64,000 bases of DNA from Salpingoeca rosetta (lineage: Eukaryota > Protista > Choanoflagellata). This document shows, piece by piece, positions 1 through 17,811 of the stretch. Location: assembly GCA_033442325.1 (NCBI GenBank), contig JAWQFM010000023.1:235558-299557 (forward strand), read 5' to 3'. Position numbers and translations under genes: made by a program. Within the stretch, counting starts at the first letter, position 1; each line of letters starts with the position of its first letter. The notes beneath the pieces are model-generated. The model did not search any database. It had not been told where the DNA came from and saw nothing but the letters and a program-made list of their open reading frames with translations.

Positions 1-3000
1 CGCACATCAACAACGACTTCCACAACCACAACCACGGCCACAACCACAACCACGACATCTTCATTCTCTGGCTTTGCGTCGACAACGCGCATGACCACCT
101 CGACAACAACAACCACAACCACAGCGTCGACAACCACGACCACAACCACTTCCACAACGTCCTCATTCTCTGGCTTTGCGTCGACAACGCGCATGACCAC
201 CTCGACAACAACAACCACAACCACAGCGTCGACAACCACGACCACAACCACTTCCACAACGTCCTCGTTCTCTGGCTTTGAGTCGACAACGCGCACGACA
301 ACCTCGACAACAACAACCACAACTACAAGCACAACCACAACCACTTCCACAATCACGACCACAACCACGACCACCACGACCACGACATCTTCATTCTCTG
401 GCTTTGAGTCGACAACGCGCACAACCTCGACAACAACAATCACAACCACAACGTCGACAACCACAAGCGCAACGACTTCGTTCTCTGGCTTTGAGTCGAC
501 AACGCGCACAACAACCTCGACGACGACAACAACAACAACAACCACAACAACCACAACAACCACAACAACAACGTCGGCAACCACAACCACAACGACTTCG
601 ACAACGACAGGCTCTGGGTTTGAGTCAACAACGAGGCCAGCCACCACCACAACCACCACAACCACCACGTCCACAACATCGTCCTTTTCCGGCCTCGAGT
701 CAACAACGCGCCTAACGACCAGTACCACTGGCTCTGGCTCTGGCTTTGATACGACGACTCGCCCTGTGACCACGACGATGACAACTACGACGACGACGAC
801 CGCCACCACCACCACCACCACCACCACAACTACGTCTGCAACCACAACGACTACGACTACGACCACAACGACTACCACATCCACGTCATCCTCGTCATCG
901 TCGTTCTCTGGCTTTGACTCAACCACTCGACCATCCACAACCACAGCCACCTCGACGGGGTCTGGCGTTGAGTCGACCACCCGTACCACCACAACCACGA
1001 CAACGCCACTGACAACAGTGACCACCACAACCTCCACGACGTCGTCGTCCTTCTCTGGCTCTGAGTCAACAACACGTACCACCACAACAACTAGCACGAC
1101 GACTGGCTCCGGGTTTGAGTCAACCACTCGCACAACAACAACAACAACAACAACGACGACGACGACGACGACGACGACCACAACCACAACCACAACCACA
1201 ACCACAACCACAACCACAACCACAACCACAACAACAACCACAACCACAACCACAACAACAACCACAACCACTGCTGGTTCCGGCGTCAACACCACGACGA
1301 CTTCTACGTCGTCATCCTCCTCAGGGTTTGAATCAACAACGCGCCCGTCAACGTCCACAACATCAACGTTTTCAACTGGATCCGGCTTTGAGAGCACGAC
1401 ACGATCCACCACCTCAACTCTGACGCCAACGTCAACCTCAAGCTCCACAACGTCAACGTCGTCGTCGTTCTCTGGCGTGGAGTCCACGACACGCACCACT
1501 ACCACGACGTCCACGACGACAGTGACAATGACGACGACCACAACTTCAACAACCCCAACAAGCTCGGGGTCTGGCTTTGAGTCTACAACGCGCACGACGA
1601 CCACAACTACCACAACAACTACCACGACAAGCACTTCGGCAGGCTCTGGCCTCGAGTCGACCACGCGATCCACGACAACCACGACGACGACAACGACGAC
1701 AACAACAACCACGACCACGACCACCCCACCCCAACAACGACGACTACAACTACAACTACAACTACAACCAGCACAAGCAGCGGGTCTGGATTTGAGTCCA
1801 CCACTCGCACCTCCACTTCCACAACTACATCTTCATTCTCTGGCTTTGAGTCAACGACCATGACCACGACCACGACAACCACAACCACAACCACAACCGC
1901 CACCACCACCACCAGTACCTCGACTGGTTCCGGCTTTGAGTCGACGACGCGCACATCAACAACAACCGCAACTACAACCACGACCACAACCACCTCGTCT
2001 TCGTTCTCTGGCTTTGAGTCCACCACGCGCACAACCACAACAACTGCAACCACAACCACCACCACCACTACAACCACAACCACCACCACCACTACAACCA
2101 CAACATCTTCATTCTCTGGATTTGAATCAACGACACGCTCGTCCACGTCGACATCGACTTCGACGTCGTCATCTACGTCTTCATTCTCTGGCTTTGAGTC
2201 CACCACGCGCACAACCACAACAACTGCAACCACCACCACCACCACCACCACCACCACCACTACAACCACAACATCTTCATTCTCTGGATTTGAATCAACG
2301 ACACGCTTGTCCACGTCGACATCGACATCGCCAACTACAACAACTTCAACGACAACAACTTCTACTACCACTATCACTACCACTACCACAACTACTACCA
2401 CAACTACTACCACAACAACAACAACTACCACCACCACAACAACTACCACCACTACCACAAGTACAACCACAACAACAACTACCACCACTACCACAAGTAC
2501 AACCACAACCACAACTACCACCACCACAACTACCACCACTACCACAAGTACAACCACAACCACAACTACCACCACCACAACTACTACTACTACCACCACC
2601 ACTACCACCACGACCACCACCACGTCAACGACCACGTCGACCACAAGCAGCTCTGCAGATGCTGCCTTTGTGTACAGCGTGTTTGTGGACGTGCCATATT
2701 CGTCTATTGCGGACATTGCGGCCTTTGAGACCGACCTTGCTGCCTTGATTGACGCTGCTCTGGGCAACAGTACTGCCGTCACCACATCAACGCAGTCGCC
2801 GCTTGTGAACAACCGCCGCCGTCGGTCCCTCCTCCAAGCGAGCGCTGGTGGCGACGCAGCAGCAGCAGCAGCGTCGCCGTACAAGACGACGGTGCTGTCC
2901 ACGACAGAGCACAACTTTGGCGGTGTGGAGTGCATGGCCATTACGCGGCGTGATGGTGCGCCGGTGCCTCCAGAGGACGTATCGGCGGTGCTTGCGACCG

Positions 3001-5399
3001 TGAGTGCGGGCACCTCCACCAACGCTGTTGGCGGCGAGCTGCTGCTCGTGCCGCGGTCCAGCAGCAGCAGTTCCGGCGCCCAGCGCGGCCTCATCGCAGG
3101 CGTGACCATCGGCGTGCTTGTGTGCGTTGCTTTGGCAGCAGCGGCCATTAATGTCCTGCACAACTCGCGGCAGCGCAAGAACGCAAAGAAGGAGCACTTT
3201 CGCCAGCACAAGCTGCAGCGGCAGTTTTCCAAGCCAGACGACCTGCTGGGGCCGGGTGCAGGCTACATTCAGTCGACAGTGGGGGATGCAGACACCAGCC
3301 ATGTGCCCATGTACAACGAGCAGGACAACGACTACGACTACGACGAGTACCTTGCGGTGCACCATCCGCAGGTGTTTTCGCACCCTGCCGTGCGCGGCGT
3401 GTATGCCGTCAACGCCCCCTCGTACGACTGGGGCCGCACCTCCGTGGTCGACCTTGACGAGCTTGACGCGCAGCACCAGTACGGCTTTGCCCCTGGCCTC
3501 TACACGCCACAGGGCCTCTCAGACGGCACCCCAGATACAGAGCTCTCCTCCGCAGGAAGCAGCCCCGGCACGCCGCGCGCGTGGGCAGACAACCGTGGCC
3601 ACCGCCATGCACGTCGTGCAAGCCAGCCTACGCACGTTGCCGTTGACTCGCCATCACGCTTCTCCAGCAGCGAGCCCGAACTTCACCGCGGGTTTGATGT
3701 GCGGCCAACGGCGTTTTCGCTCTCGCGGGAGGCGCCCGAACCAACCCCGGTCACGCCGCAGCGCGTGCGTGTGGACTCGGAAACACTCGTCATGCCCTCG
3801 GGCCTGGACCAGGATGATGGCGCCGATGTGTTTGGTGCCGCCACACCACAGCAGCAGCAGCAGCAGCAGCAGTCTGCTGGTGGCCGTCGTCGCAGCAGTG
3901 GCAATGGCATTCGCTTCTCGCCTCGGCTCACGCGACGCAACGTCGTCGGGCCGTCCATCTCGGAGGAGCCCGAGGAACCCGCTGCAGCAACAAGCACGCC
4001 GCAGCACCAGGCTGGTGGCAATGTGCCCCGCCGTGAGAGCACGCTCGCATGGACACCCTCCACTGCACGCGATCAGCAGCAACAACATCAGCAGCCAAGC
4101 ACACCGCGTGGCAAGGCGATGGTAGTTGTTGGAGAAGCGGAACAGGTGTCGTCCCCCGCGCCATCGTCGCGTGCTGAGTCCCGCGCTGCGATGGAGGGCC
4201 CCTCTGTGTATGCAGCGGCAGCCAGCAGCGCTATGCAGCCGCGTGGCCCACCAACGGATGGTGTCGTGTACTCTGCAACGCTCACACTGGAGGGCGGCGC
4301 CGATGTTCCTGCGGACACCGACAATGACGAGCAGCAGCAGCAGCAACAGCAGCAGCGTGACCGCCCCTCTGTGCAGGCGTGGACAGCAGCGAGCACGGTG
4401 GAAGGCGAGGCCGAGCAGGCGTCACCCGAGCAGCAGCTACAGCGGGCACGCAGCGAACTGAGGCCCGCAGCGCAGCGCAGGGCCAGTGAGCCTGCGACGG
4501 ATGCACAGCAACAGCACCACCAGCAGCTGCGCGCCGCGTTTTACGACCGGGGCCTCACCACGCCACGCACGTCTGTGTATGACAGCTACTTGTCGATTGA
4601 GCCGCACCCCGACCCGTCTGTGTTTGCGCAGCGCCACGCGCTTCGTCCAACCGGCGCCGATCTCACGCGCGATCACCTTCCAACTCGCGAGGATGGCGTT
4701 GTGGTTGGCGACGACGATGACGAAGGCGATGACACGGTGCCGCCGCTGTCGCGGAGTGCGCGCCACCCGATGCTGCGACGCGAGAACGTTGGTCCCCGAC
4801 GTCGCATCCAGTCTGACACCTCTGTGCCCTCTGCCAACTCGACCATCACCACTCCGCCGCTTGGCCGCTTGCCGCTGACACCGGGGGCGTGGTCGCGCAA
4901 CGGGTCGTTCCTGGACCGCTCCAACAACAACAACGCTGCACTCAACAGCAGCGGCGGGTCCGCGACCTTTGGCCGCCGCCCGAGCGAGGTGTTCCCGGGC
5001 TGCGTTGCGCGCTCGCACCCAATGGTGGTGATGGACGCGCAGGGCCGTGTTGGTGTGACGCAGAACATTGAGGGCGATGACCGCCAGTGCAACTTTGTGA
5101 GCAGCCAGTGGAGCCAGGTGGCGTCGCCAATGCAGCAGCAGCAGCAGCAGCAGCCGATGGTGGGCGTTCCTGGTCAAGTGGCCACAACACCACCAGGTGT
5201 AGCGACAATGACGCCACCTTCCACGCAGCCTCAACAACAGCAACAACGGCAGTCGTCGTCGTCGTCGTCGTCAGTGTTTCGGTCTGAGGGTGCGCCGCGT
5301 CTTCGTGACAGCATTCGTGTCGCCCGTGAGCGCCAGCGCGCACTGGAACGTGTGCGTGCGCAGCGACTGAACTACCACCCCGAGGACTCCACGGCTTGA
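1..5399 (+). CDS. Large Thr/Ser-rich mucin-like type I membrane protein (5' end outside window; apparent frameshift near 1722-1735)
   Basis: About 25 copies of the (S/G)-[F]-SG-F-E-S-T-T-R module separated by poly-Thr runs. The module reads in frame 1 up to ~1720 and in frame 3 from ~1735. It is followed by a short globular segment containing RRRRSLLQ, a TM helix (GLIAGVTIGVLVCVALAAAAINVL, ~3086-3157) and a long low-complexity tail with Tyr clusters. Stop TGA at 5397-5399. Confidence 0.8.
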
Positions 5400-6487
5400 C
5401 GATGGTGTCGATGTGGTCGATGTGGTGATGGTGACTTCGATGATGTTTGTGGTTTTGTGAGTGAGTGACCGGCGCACAGACACCTCGTTACACGTCTGTG
5501 CGATCGGATGTCCGTGAGGACTCGAAAGGTTGCGAGAACGCCTCATTTCGTTTTGTTCATGTTGCGCTAGCTTGTCTCCATTGTTGTGGGTGGGTGTTGT
5601 GGGTGGGTGCAGACAGTGAGTGAGTGAGTGAGTGAGTGACAGAGAGAACTTGTGTGTGCGTGTAAGTTGGGGCTGACATTTTCACCCTTTCGCTGTCTGT
5701 TATTTTTTTCCCCCTTTGTGTGTGCCTTCATCTATTTGTGTGTATGTGCGGGGAGACCTTGACATTGACATATTTAAGTCAACCCTACACTTGTCCTCTG
5801 CCGCAACTGCACAGCGCGCGCGTCGGTGTCTGTGTTGACGGGCTGCTTTCTTGTTGTCTTTGGCATCCCTCGACACGACGCGGGTGTGTGCGCAGGCGCG
5901 TGGGAGCATATGCTTTGCGTGCGTGCATTGCGAATCTGTCTGTGCCTGTTTGAATGTCTTTCTCTGTTTGCGGGCGTGCTGTGCCGTTCGTTTGCGCTTC
6001 ACGTAGTTCGTATGCATGTGCATGGTTCGCCTCTTACTTGCACCAGCTTGCCACGGGCATCTTGATTCCTGTTTCTTTGATTCGTTTTGCAAGTAAATGA
6101 TGACATCTTTCATGTGCTGAAGCAGACAAGTTAGCGAGCAAGACGATTATGTGTGTGTGTGTGTGTGTGCGTGTGTGTACTTCGGTGTGCCGCTCCACGC
6201 GTTGCATTCGTTCGTATTGAAAGCTGGTGCCTGGCAGATCACTTCGACATGTTGTAAAAAGAAGAAAGAACGAGCGAAGCGCAAAGGGCGTGCAGAAGAG
6301 AAACAGAAAAATACATGACAGCGAGGCAACAAGCACGCCAGCTAAAACACGTAACAAGGGTCCGAAACAACAAATCGACAAACAACACGAAGACGCGGGA
6401 CGACAAGCGAGCAAGCTAGTCCAATGAATGGTGAGTGAGAGAGAGAGCGTGCGGTCGTGTCTTGTTTGTGCATCTATGTGAACGTGG

Positions 6488-6550
<63 letters not shown>

Positions 6551-6595
6551 GTCATTGTGCAGGAGCTAGCGGAGCAGCTGTGTTGGGAGGAACGG

Positions 6596-10720
<4,125 letters not shown>

Positions 10721-10971
10721 CTTGGCAGGTCAATTTCGGCAGCATAAAATGAGGTTGAGGAATATTCATTGAAGATATGACTCCTTTTGCTTCTCAAGCT
10801 AACTTCCTAGTTTCAGGGATGAAAAAGAGCTGCCGCCTCCAACACGATAAGAAGCCGCTCATTCACCCCCTTCTTCTGGAGCGAGCAGACAAACAGCAGC
10901 AGCAGATACAGACCACCCACACGCACCTCCATCCATCCATCCATCCATCAACACAGAGAACCACAGCAACC

Positions 10972-12035
10972 ATGTCTGGAGTTCAGTCTGCCGGCGTTCA
11001 GAGGCTTGTGGAGGCGGAGAAGGCGGCCGCATCCAAGATCAAGCAGGCCAGGAACGGTACGGTAGACACGCCATCCACGCCTGTTGTTCTTCTTGGCGTG
11101 CTGTGTGGTGCTGTGTGGTGTGGTTGATGGTTGTCCTTTGTGGCTGCGTCGTGGTCACTTGTTGCTGTCTTGACTGTGCTTGTGGTTGTTTCTTGTTCGC
11201 GTGTGACTGCTGTAGTGATGGGTTGCGTTTTGATCGTGTGCGTGTTGCTTTTCTTTCCTTTGTGGGCTGTCCTGTTACGGTTGCGTTGTTCTTTGTGGAC
11301 TGGTTTGCATTTGGTTTGTGAGGTGAGAGAGACGGAGAACACTGCCGTTGTATCGTTCGCTAACATGACGTGGCATTCTCCTCTTGATTGTCTTCCCCCA
11401 CCGCTTCGCGGTTGACCTTTTGTTCCTTGCAGAGAAGGCACAGATGATGAAGCAAGCAAGGACAGAGGCACAGAAGCGCATTGAGGTCATTCGCAGTGAA
11501 CAGGAGAAGGCATATCAAGAGAAGGTGCATGCACGGGAAGGCAGCGGCAACGTGGACACAGCCTCCATCAACAAGAACACGGAAGAAAAGCTGGCAACCC
11601 TCAAGTCCAACGTCGAGCAGAACAGAGGCGACGTAAGTCCATGGTCGTCGTCGTCGTCGTCGTCGTTGTTGTTGTTGTTGTTGTTGCAGTGTCCGTCTGT
11701 CTGTCTGTTTGTGTGAGTGAGTTCAACCTTGAAGGGTTTTCTCCTTCCCTAACCACCAGGAATCCCATTGCTCGTGTGCTCAACAAGACCCCCTTCACAC
11801 ACACACACACACACACACACAAACGCGCACACACGCCTTTGGTCTGCTTGCGTGCCTCAATCCCCTTTCCTCCCCCCCCCCCACACACACACACACCTTC
11901 CCCTTGCTTCTCCTCACCACGGCACTCGCACAACCATTGTGGTTTTTTTTTTCCTTGCGACAGGTGATTGAGATGCTGCTGGATGCCGTGTGCAAGGTTG
12001 AGGCCCGCGTGCACGAGAACTTCAACCCCAAGTAG
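10972..12035 (+). CDS. ATP6V1G: V-type proton ATPase subunit G (exons 10972-11056, 11433-11632, 11964-12035)
   Basis: Translation MSGVQSAGVQRLVEAEKAAASKIKQARNEKAQMMKQARTEAQKRIE...VIEMLLDAVCKVEARVHENF matches the V-ATPase G pattern, and the GT-AG junctions stay in frame. Confidence 0.92.
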
Positions 12036-12457
12036 ACGGCACATGCATCCATTCTTTCATCCATTCTTTCATTCATGTGTGCGCGTGAGTGCGCGTGTGC
12101 ATGAAGCCGTCCCTCCCAGGTCCTTGTGGGATGCAACACATGTGTTTGTTCACCTGTACCGCCCCCTCCCACCTGCGCTTGGTTTTGTCGCATCATCAGT
12201 GCACCGCGTTCGTGTGTGCGCTGTGCCCCACCCCAACCTCCTTTTAGGCTGTCTTTTGTCGTGGTGACAGTTGTTGTTGCTGTTGTTGTTGCTGTTGTTG
12301 TTGCCGGAGTTCCGTGTTGTGATTTTACTTCGTCCTTGTTCACTTGCGCTTGTATTTGTGTGTGTGTGTGTGTGTGGTTTACATGTGTGTGTGTACATGT
12401 GTTGTTGACTCAGCTTCACTTTCGTTTACTCAAACCAGTTTTGTCACGTGACCTTCG

Positions 12458-12493
<36 letters not shown>

Positions 12494-12776
12494 ACAATGA
12501 ACAATTCTCCACCAGGTTGTCATCACACGCGAATGAGCACATAAACAAAGTGCAGCACCCACTGCCACAACTCCCACAACAGTGGTTACCATGAAACGCA
12601 ACACATGCAACAGGCAACGTGAGGTCATCAAGTTATGAGACGACAAAAACACACACACACACGGAAAGAACAGATCAAGGCACACACACACACACACACA
12701 CACGGAAAGAACAGATCAAGGCACACACACACACACACACATACACACCAAATGACAAAGTATTTGTTCTCCTTGC

Positions 12777-13488
12777 TCACAAGAGCTCAAATGTCAGCCG
12801 CTTGCTGGTTGTTGACGATGACGGCTGCGCTGTTGCTGTCGCTGCTGTTGTCGTGGGTGTCACTGTGGATACACCATGCACATTGCTGCTGCTGCCGTGC
12901 GTGTGCTTAGCGTGGCCTGGGGTGCGTGCACGGTGTCTTGTTGCAGCAGCATTCGGCGTGTGGTTGTCGTGGTTGTCGTGGTTGGTGCTGTCGTTGGTGA
13001 CACTGGTGCCAATCGTGTTGCGGTGGTGTTGCTCGCCCGTCGCACCGTCATCACTCCTGGACGTGTTGTGATCATGGCCGCTGCTGCTGCTGCTGCTGCC
13101 ACTCACAGTGCACGCGCTCGTGTCTGTACTTGTGTCTGTACTTGTGTCCGCGCTTGTGTCCGCGCTTGTGCTGCTGTCAACAGCAGTGCCACCACCATTG
13201 CTGGTGCGTGTGCTGCTGCTGATGGTGATGGTATCAGAAGCCAACATCCTCCCTGTCGCTCTCCCAGCACCGCCGCGTGTCGTGCCGGTGGCACCCTTCA
13301 CAGCTCGGGTGTCTTCATCAAAGTGCTTCAGTGCACTCATGATCATCGACAGGCCCGCCCCAGGATTGCTTGCAGGCACAGCAGCGTCCGCGCGCCGCTG
13401 CGCTTGTGCACAACCGCCTCCTGCTTGCCCCTTCTTTGCGCGCTTGCGAGGTACTGCGGCTTCTGTTGCTGCTGTCGCTGATGATGAA

Positions 13489-13550
<62 letters not shown>

Positions 13551-13824
13551 TGATGATGATGACGATGACGGGAATGATGACAATCGCTTCTTGCCATCCG
13601 CACGCTTGGAAGCACCACCGGTGCGTCGCCTCATAATGTTTGTTCCGTTGGACTTCGGCGTGGTGGCTGCTTGGTCCGTCTTTCCATCAGTGTCACCGGG
13701 TGCCATTGGGGCTGCAGTTGTCGTGGCCAGGGATGGCGTGATGGTCCTGACAGGCACGCGAGATGTAGCTGTTGCTACCCACCCTTGTGCACACACTGCC
13801 GGTGACACCACCATGTGGTGCTGT

Positions 13825-13855
<31 letters not shown>

Positions 13856-13864
13856 CAGGTTGTC

Positions 13865-13895
<31 letters not shown>

Positions 13896-15631
13896 TGCAA
13901 GGGTGTTGGTGTACAGATGAGATGGCAGTACATACCCTCCGCCAAGATCACCGCCATAGCTGCCGCCGTGCAGCGTTTTCGCCAGCGGCTGATGTGTGCT
14001 GGTGGTGACTGGCAGCTGCTGTGCGCACATGTGCACGCCACCAGCGGTTGATGCTGCTGCTGCGGTCGTTGCTGCTGTTGGTGGTGGAGGTGCCGAGACG
14101 GGGAACAACAAATGCGTTGCTGCCCCACGCCTTCCAGCGCTCGCTGCTGGTGCCAACTGCAGCGCAATGCTGCCGCCACCGCGTGTGGGCATCTCAAACA
14201 CAAAGCCGCCACCGCCACCGCATCCGACCGTGGATGATGCCGATGCTGACGACGATGGGGGTGCTGGTGCTGGTGCTGGTGCTGGTGCTGGTGCTGGTGC
14301 TGGTGGCTCATGGGATGGTGTCGACAGCACATGTGGGGTCCGGGGCGTGCCCTTCTGCTGCTGCTGCTGCTGTTGGTGCTGCTGCTGCTGCTGGTGCTGC
14401 TGTTGTTGCTGCTGTTGTTGCTCCTGTTGTTGCTGTTGCTGCTGCGGTGCCGGCCCTTGCAGCACCTCTTTCTCATTGTCACCCTCGTCATCATGCTCAT
14501 GTCCATCTCCACCCTCGTCCTCCTCCGCCTCGTCCGCCTCCACGTGGTGCTGCTGCCGGCCATTCACGCGATCCTTGAGTGGAGGGGCGTTGTGGGCTGA
14601 CAGTGTGGATGACGAGGATGACAGGTGGGCGCGCATGTCCTGCTGCGGCCACGCACCCGTGGGTGTTGCTGTGGACGTTGGAGCTGGCGTGGATGGCCCT
14701 GTGTTGGACTCAAGCATTGCGGTGACGCTGCTGCAGCGGCTGCGGCGAAGGCGAGGGCGTGGTGTCACCACGCCAGAGAGTTCCTCGTAGGAGATCAGCA
14801 GCTCGTGCTGGGCGCGCAGCGTGTGCTGTAGCTGCTGGATGTACGCGGTAGTGTACTGCAGCACCATCCCCTGTCAAAACAAACCAACAAATCACGCGTT
14901 GGCACCGACATGAGACATGGCATGGCAGCTTGCAGGAGAGGACGTTTTCAGCAGCAAATTGCACATGCATACGCACAAACGCACGCGTACACTGGCATAC
15001 ACAAACACAAAACACAAACACAAACACACATGCACGCAAGTTGCACATGCATGCGCACGCATACACACAAACGCACGCGTACGCACTGGCAAGCGCAGAG
15101 ACACACACGAACACACACAAACACATACAAACACACACAAACACACACACACACACACACGGACACACACGAACAGACCACCTTGGAGATGCGCTCCTCT
15201 GTGCGACACATGGGAACAAGCTGGCGCAAGGTCTTGAAGCCTGCGTTGATGAACTGCATGCGCTTGCGCTCGTTGCCGTTCGCCGCCAGCCGCCTCCGCG
15301 ACGACGGTTGCGGCGCACTGCCGTCGATTGGCCCATCCCCAAGCCCAGCGGCCTCATACTGTGGCTCTGCAGCATCACATCTCTGTGCCCTGCTGCGTTA
15401 TTGAGACAGAGCAAGCGACAGTGAGGGGGCGAGACAGACCGTGAGAGTGAGAGCGAGTGGGTGAGACAGAGTCAAAGGGAAATCGCGCGCAAAACTTGGT
15501 GGCAGTGGTGCATGCATGCGTTGTTGAGTATGTGTGCACGTGTTGTGCTTGATGTGACCAGCAAGCGTGACCGTGCATGTATCTGTGTGCCGACGCAAAC
15601 AGCCCAGCCCATTCGCACCTGTGACTTGCAT
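12777..15631 (-). CDS. bHLH transcription factor, AP-4 (TFAP4)-like basic region, long poly-Q/poly-S C-terminus
   Basis: Exon 15182-15366 spliced to exon 12777-14870 gives RRRLAANGNERKRMQFINAGFKTLRQLVPMCRTEERISK|GMVLQYTTAYIQQLQHTL. The start exon (MQVT, ATG at 15631) is phase-compatible but less certain. Confidence 0.85.
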
Positions 15632-15984
15632 CGCCCTGAGCGCTGTCTGCCATCGTCACTGTCAAAGGGAGTGGAATTGCAGGTGGGGGAGGGGGGGAGA
15701 GGTCAGCCACACGGCCTTGTATGTCTTCTTCTATGCCTTCTTGCTTGCTTGTAGGTGTGGTGACACTTGTTTGATTGCTTGCAGTGTTCGGCTGCGCACA
15801 CTGCGCTGCACTCGCTTGCTTGGCGCCAAAATGCTTTGGCGGCAAGTCCAGGAAATATGGTGGAAGACGTCACGAATTCGTGCACAGACATGTTTGGTGG
15901 ATGATTTCTGTGAATTTTCTGCACACACGTGTTGTTGAGGCGAGCAAGGACACCCACCAAGACGACGACGACATCCACACGCAT

Positions 15985-16100
<116 letters not shown>

Positions 16101-16165
16101 GCATCCACACACGCACGCATCCACACATCCACGCATCCAAACGCATCCCCCAACAACAGAGCACC

Positions 16166-17753
16166 ATGGGCAAGGGTAGGCAGCAGAAGAAGCTGCAATC
16201 GCAGCAGCAAGAGCCGCAACAGCCACAACAGCAGCAGCAGAAGAAGAACAAGAAGAACAAGAAGGGCAAGGGGCTGAAGGTGCCTGACGTGGAGAAGTTT
16301 TTGGAGAAGGAGAGGGAGGCTGAGCTCAAGAAACAACAAGAGCAGCAAGAAGACAAGGCGCAGCACACGGACAAAGGCAAGGCAGAAGCCGGAGCGAAGA
16401 AAGGCAAGAAGAGCAAGAAGAGCAAAGGTGATGACAAGGCCAATCAGGGGAAGAAGAAGCAGCAGCAGGCAGCAAAGGGCAAGCAGGATGACGGCAAGCG
16501 CAGGGCTGGCGATGCCGATGACGCTGATACGACCAATGGCGACAACACCACGAAGAAGGCCAAGAAGGCCGAGAACGGGAAAGGTGGCAATGATGACGAG
16601 TCGGTCAAGCAGGCCATTGAGGATGCCGTGTCTTCCGCGCGACAGCTGCAGCCATATGAGGGCGGCGATGAGGCTCTCTTCACAAACCTCGCCGACAAGG
16701 TCTCCGAGCCAACCATGAAGGCAATTGAGGTATGGTGTGTGGGGGATGGGGTGTGCATGTGTGTGCATCTGTATGCGTCTGTCTGTGTGTCTGTGTTATG
16801 TGTCTGCGCTGTTCGCTGTGCCACCTCGAGACTGAGCCGTTCTGTCAGCTTGTTCTTCTTCGGCTCTTTGCCAGAGCACTCACAAAAGCAAACAAATACT
16901 CAACGCACACGCACAAGTACACACACACACACATATGTCGTTGCGGCTCTGTTGCACCCATTCATACTTCATGTCTTGTGTTCTCTTGCGTCTTTGTGAC
17001 CAGGGCTTTGGGTTCACCCACATGACGGAGATCCAGTACAAGACCATCCCCTTCCTGCTGACGGGCCGGGACCTGCTTGGTGCCGCCAAGACGGGCTCGG
17101 GCAAGACGCTTGCCTTCCTCATCCCCGCCGTGGAGCGCCTGCGACAACTCAAGTTCACGCCAAAGAACGGCACCGGGTGCATCATCCTCACGCCAACCCG
17201 CGAGCTGGCACAGCAGATTTACGGCGTGCTCATCAGCCTGCTGGAGCACCACCACCAGACTCACGGCATCTCCATCGGCGGATCAGACAAGAAGGTTCTG
17301 CACATGCATGTTGGGTGTACGGGGGAGGTGTGGGTCGGTGTGTGTGTCTGTGTGTGTCTGTGTGTCTGTCTGTCTGTCTGTGTGTGTGTGTGTGTGATGT
17401 GTTTTGTGGAACTTGTGCGTGGTTTGATGTGAGTGCGTCAACCAACACAACGACGGTGGGGACAATCTACCCTTGTCGTGGCTTGAACCGCACTCCTTCG
17501 CCTGCATCACTCACACACACACAAACACACACACACACACATGCACACACACACACACATACACACACACCCTAGGCGGAGGCGCGTCGCCTGGGCAATG
17601 GTGTCAACATCCTGGTGTGCACCCCCGGGCGGCTGCTTGATCATCTCCAGAACACGAACTTCAAGTTTGATCGCCTCCAAATGCTCATCATCGACGAGGC
17701 AGACCGCATTCTCCAGGTGTCCACCCTGTTTGTTGTGGTCGTGGCCGTGATCG

Positions 17754-17811
<58 letters not shown>

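Noticed and set aside
1619-3232. 537-aa poly-Val ORF on the minus strand
   Set aside because: Antisense shadow of the poly-Thr mucin.
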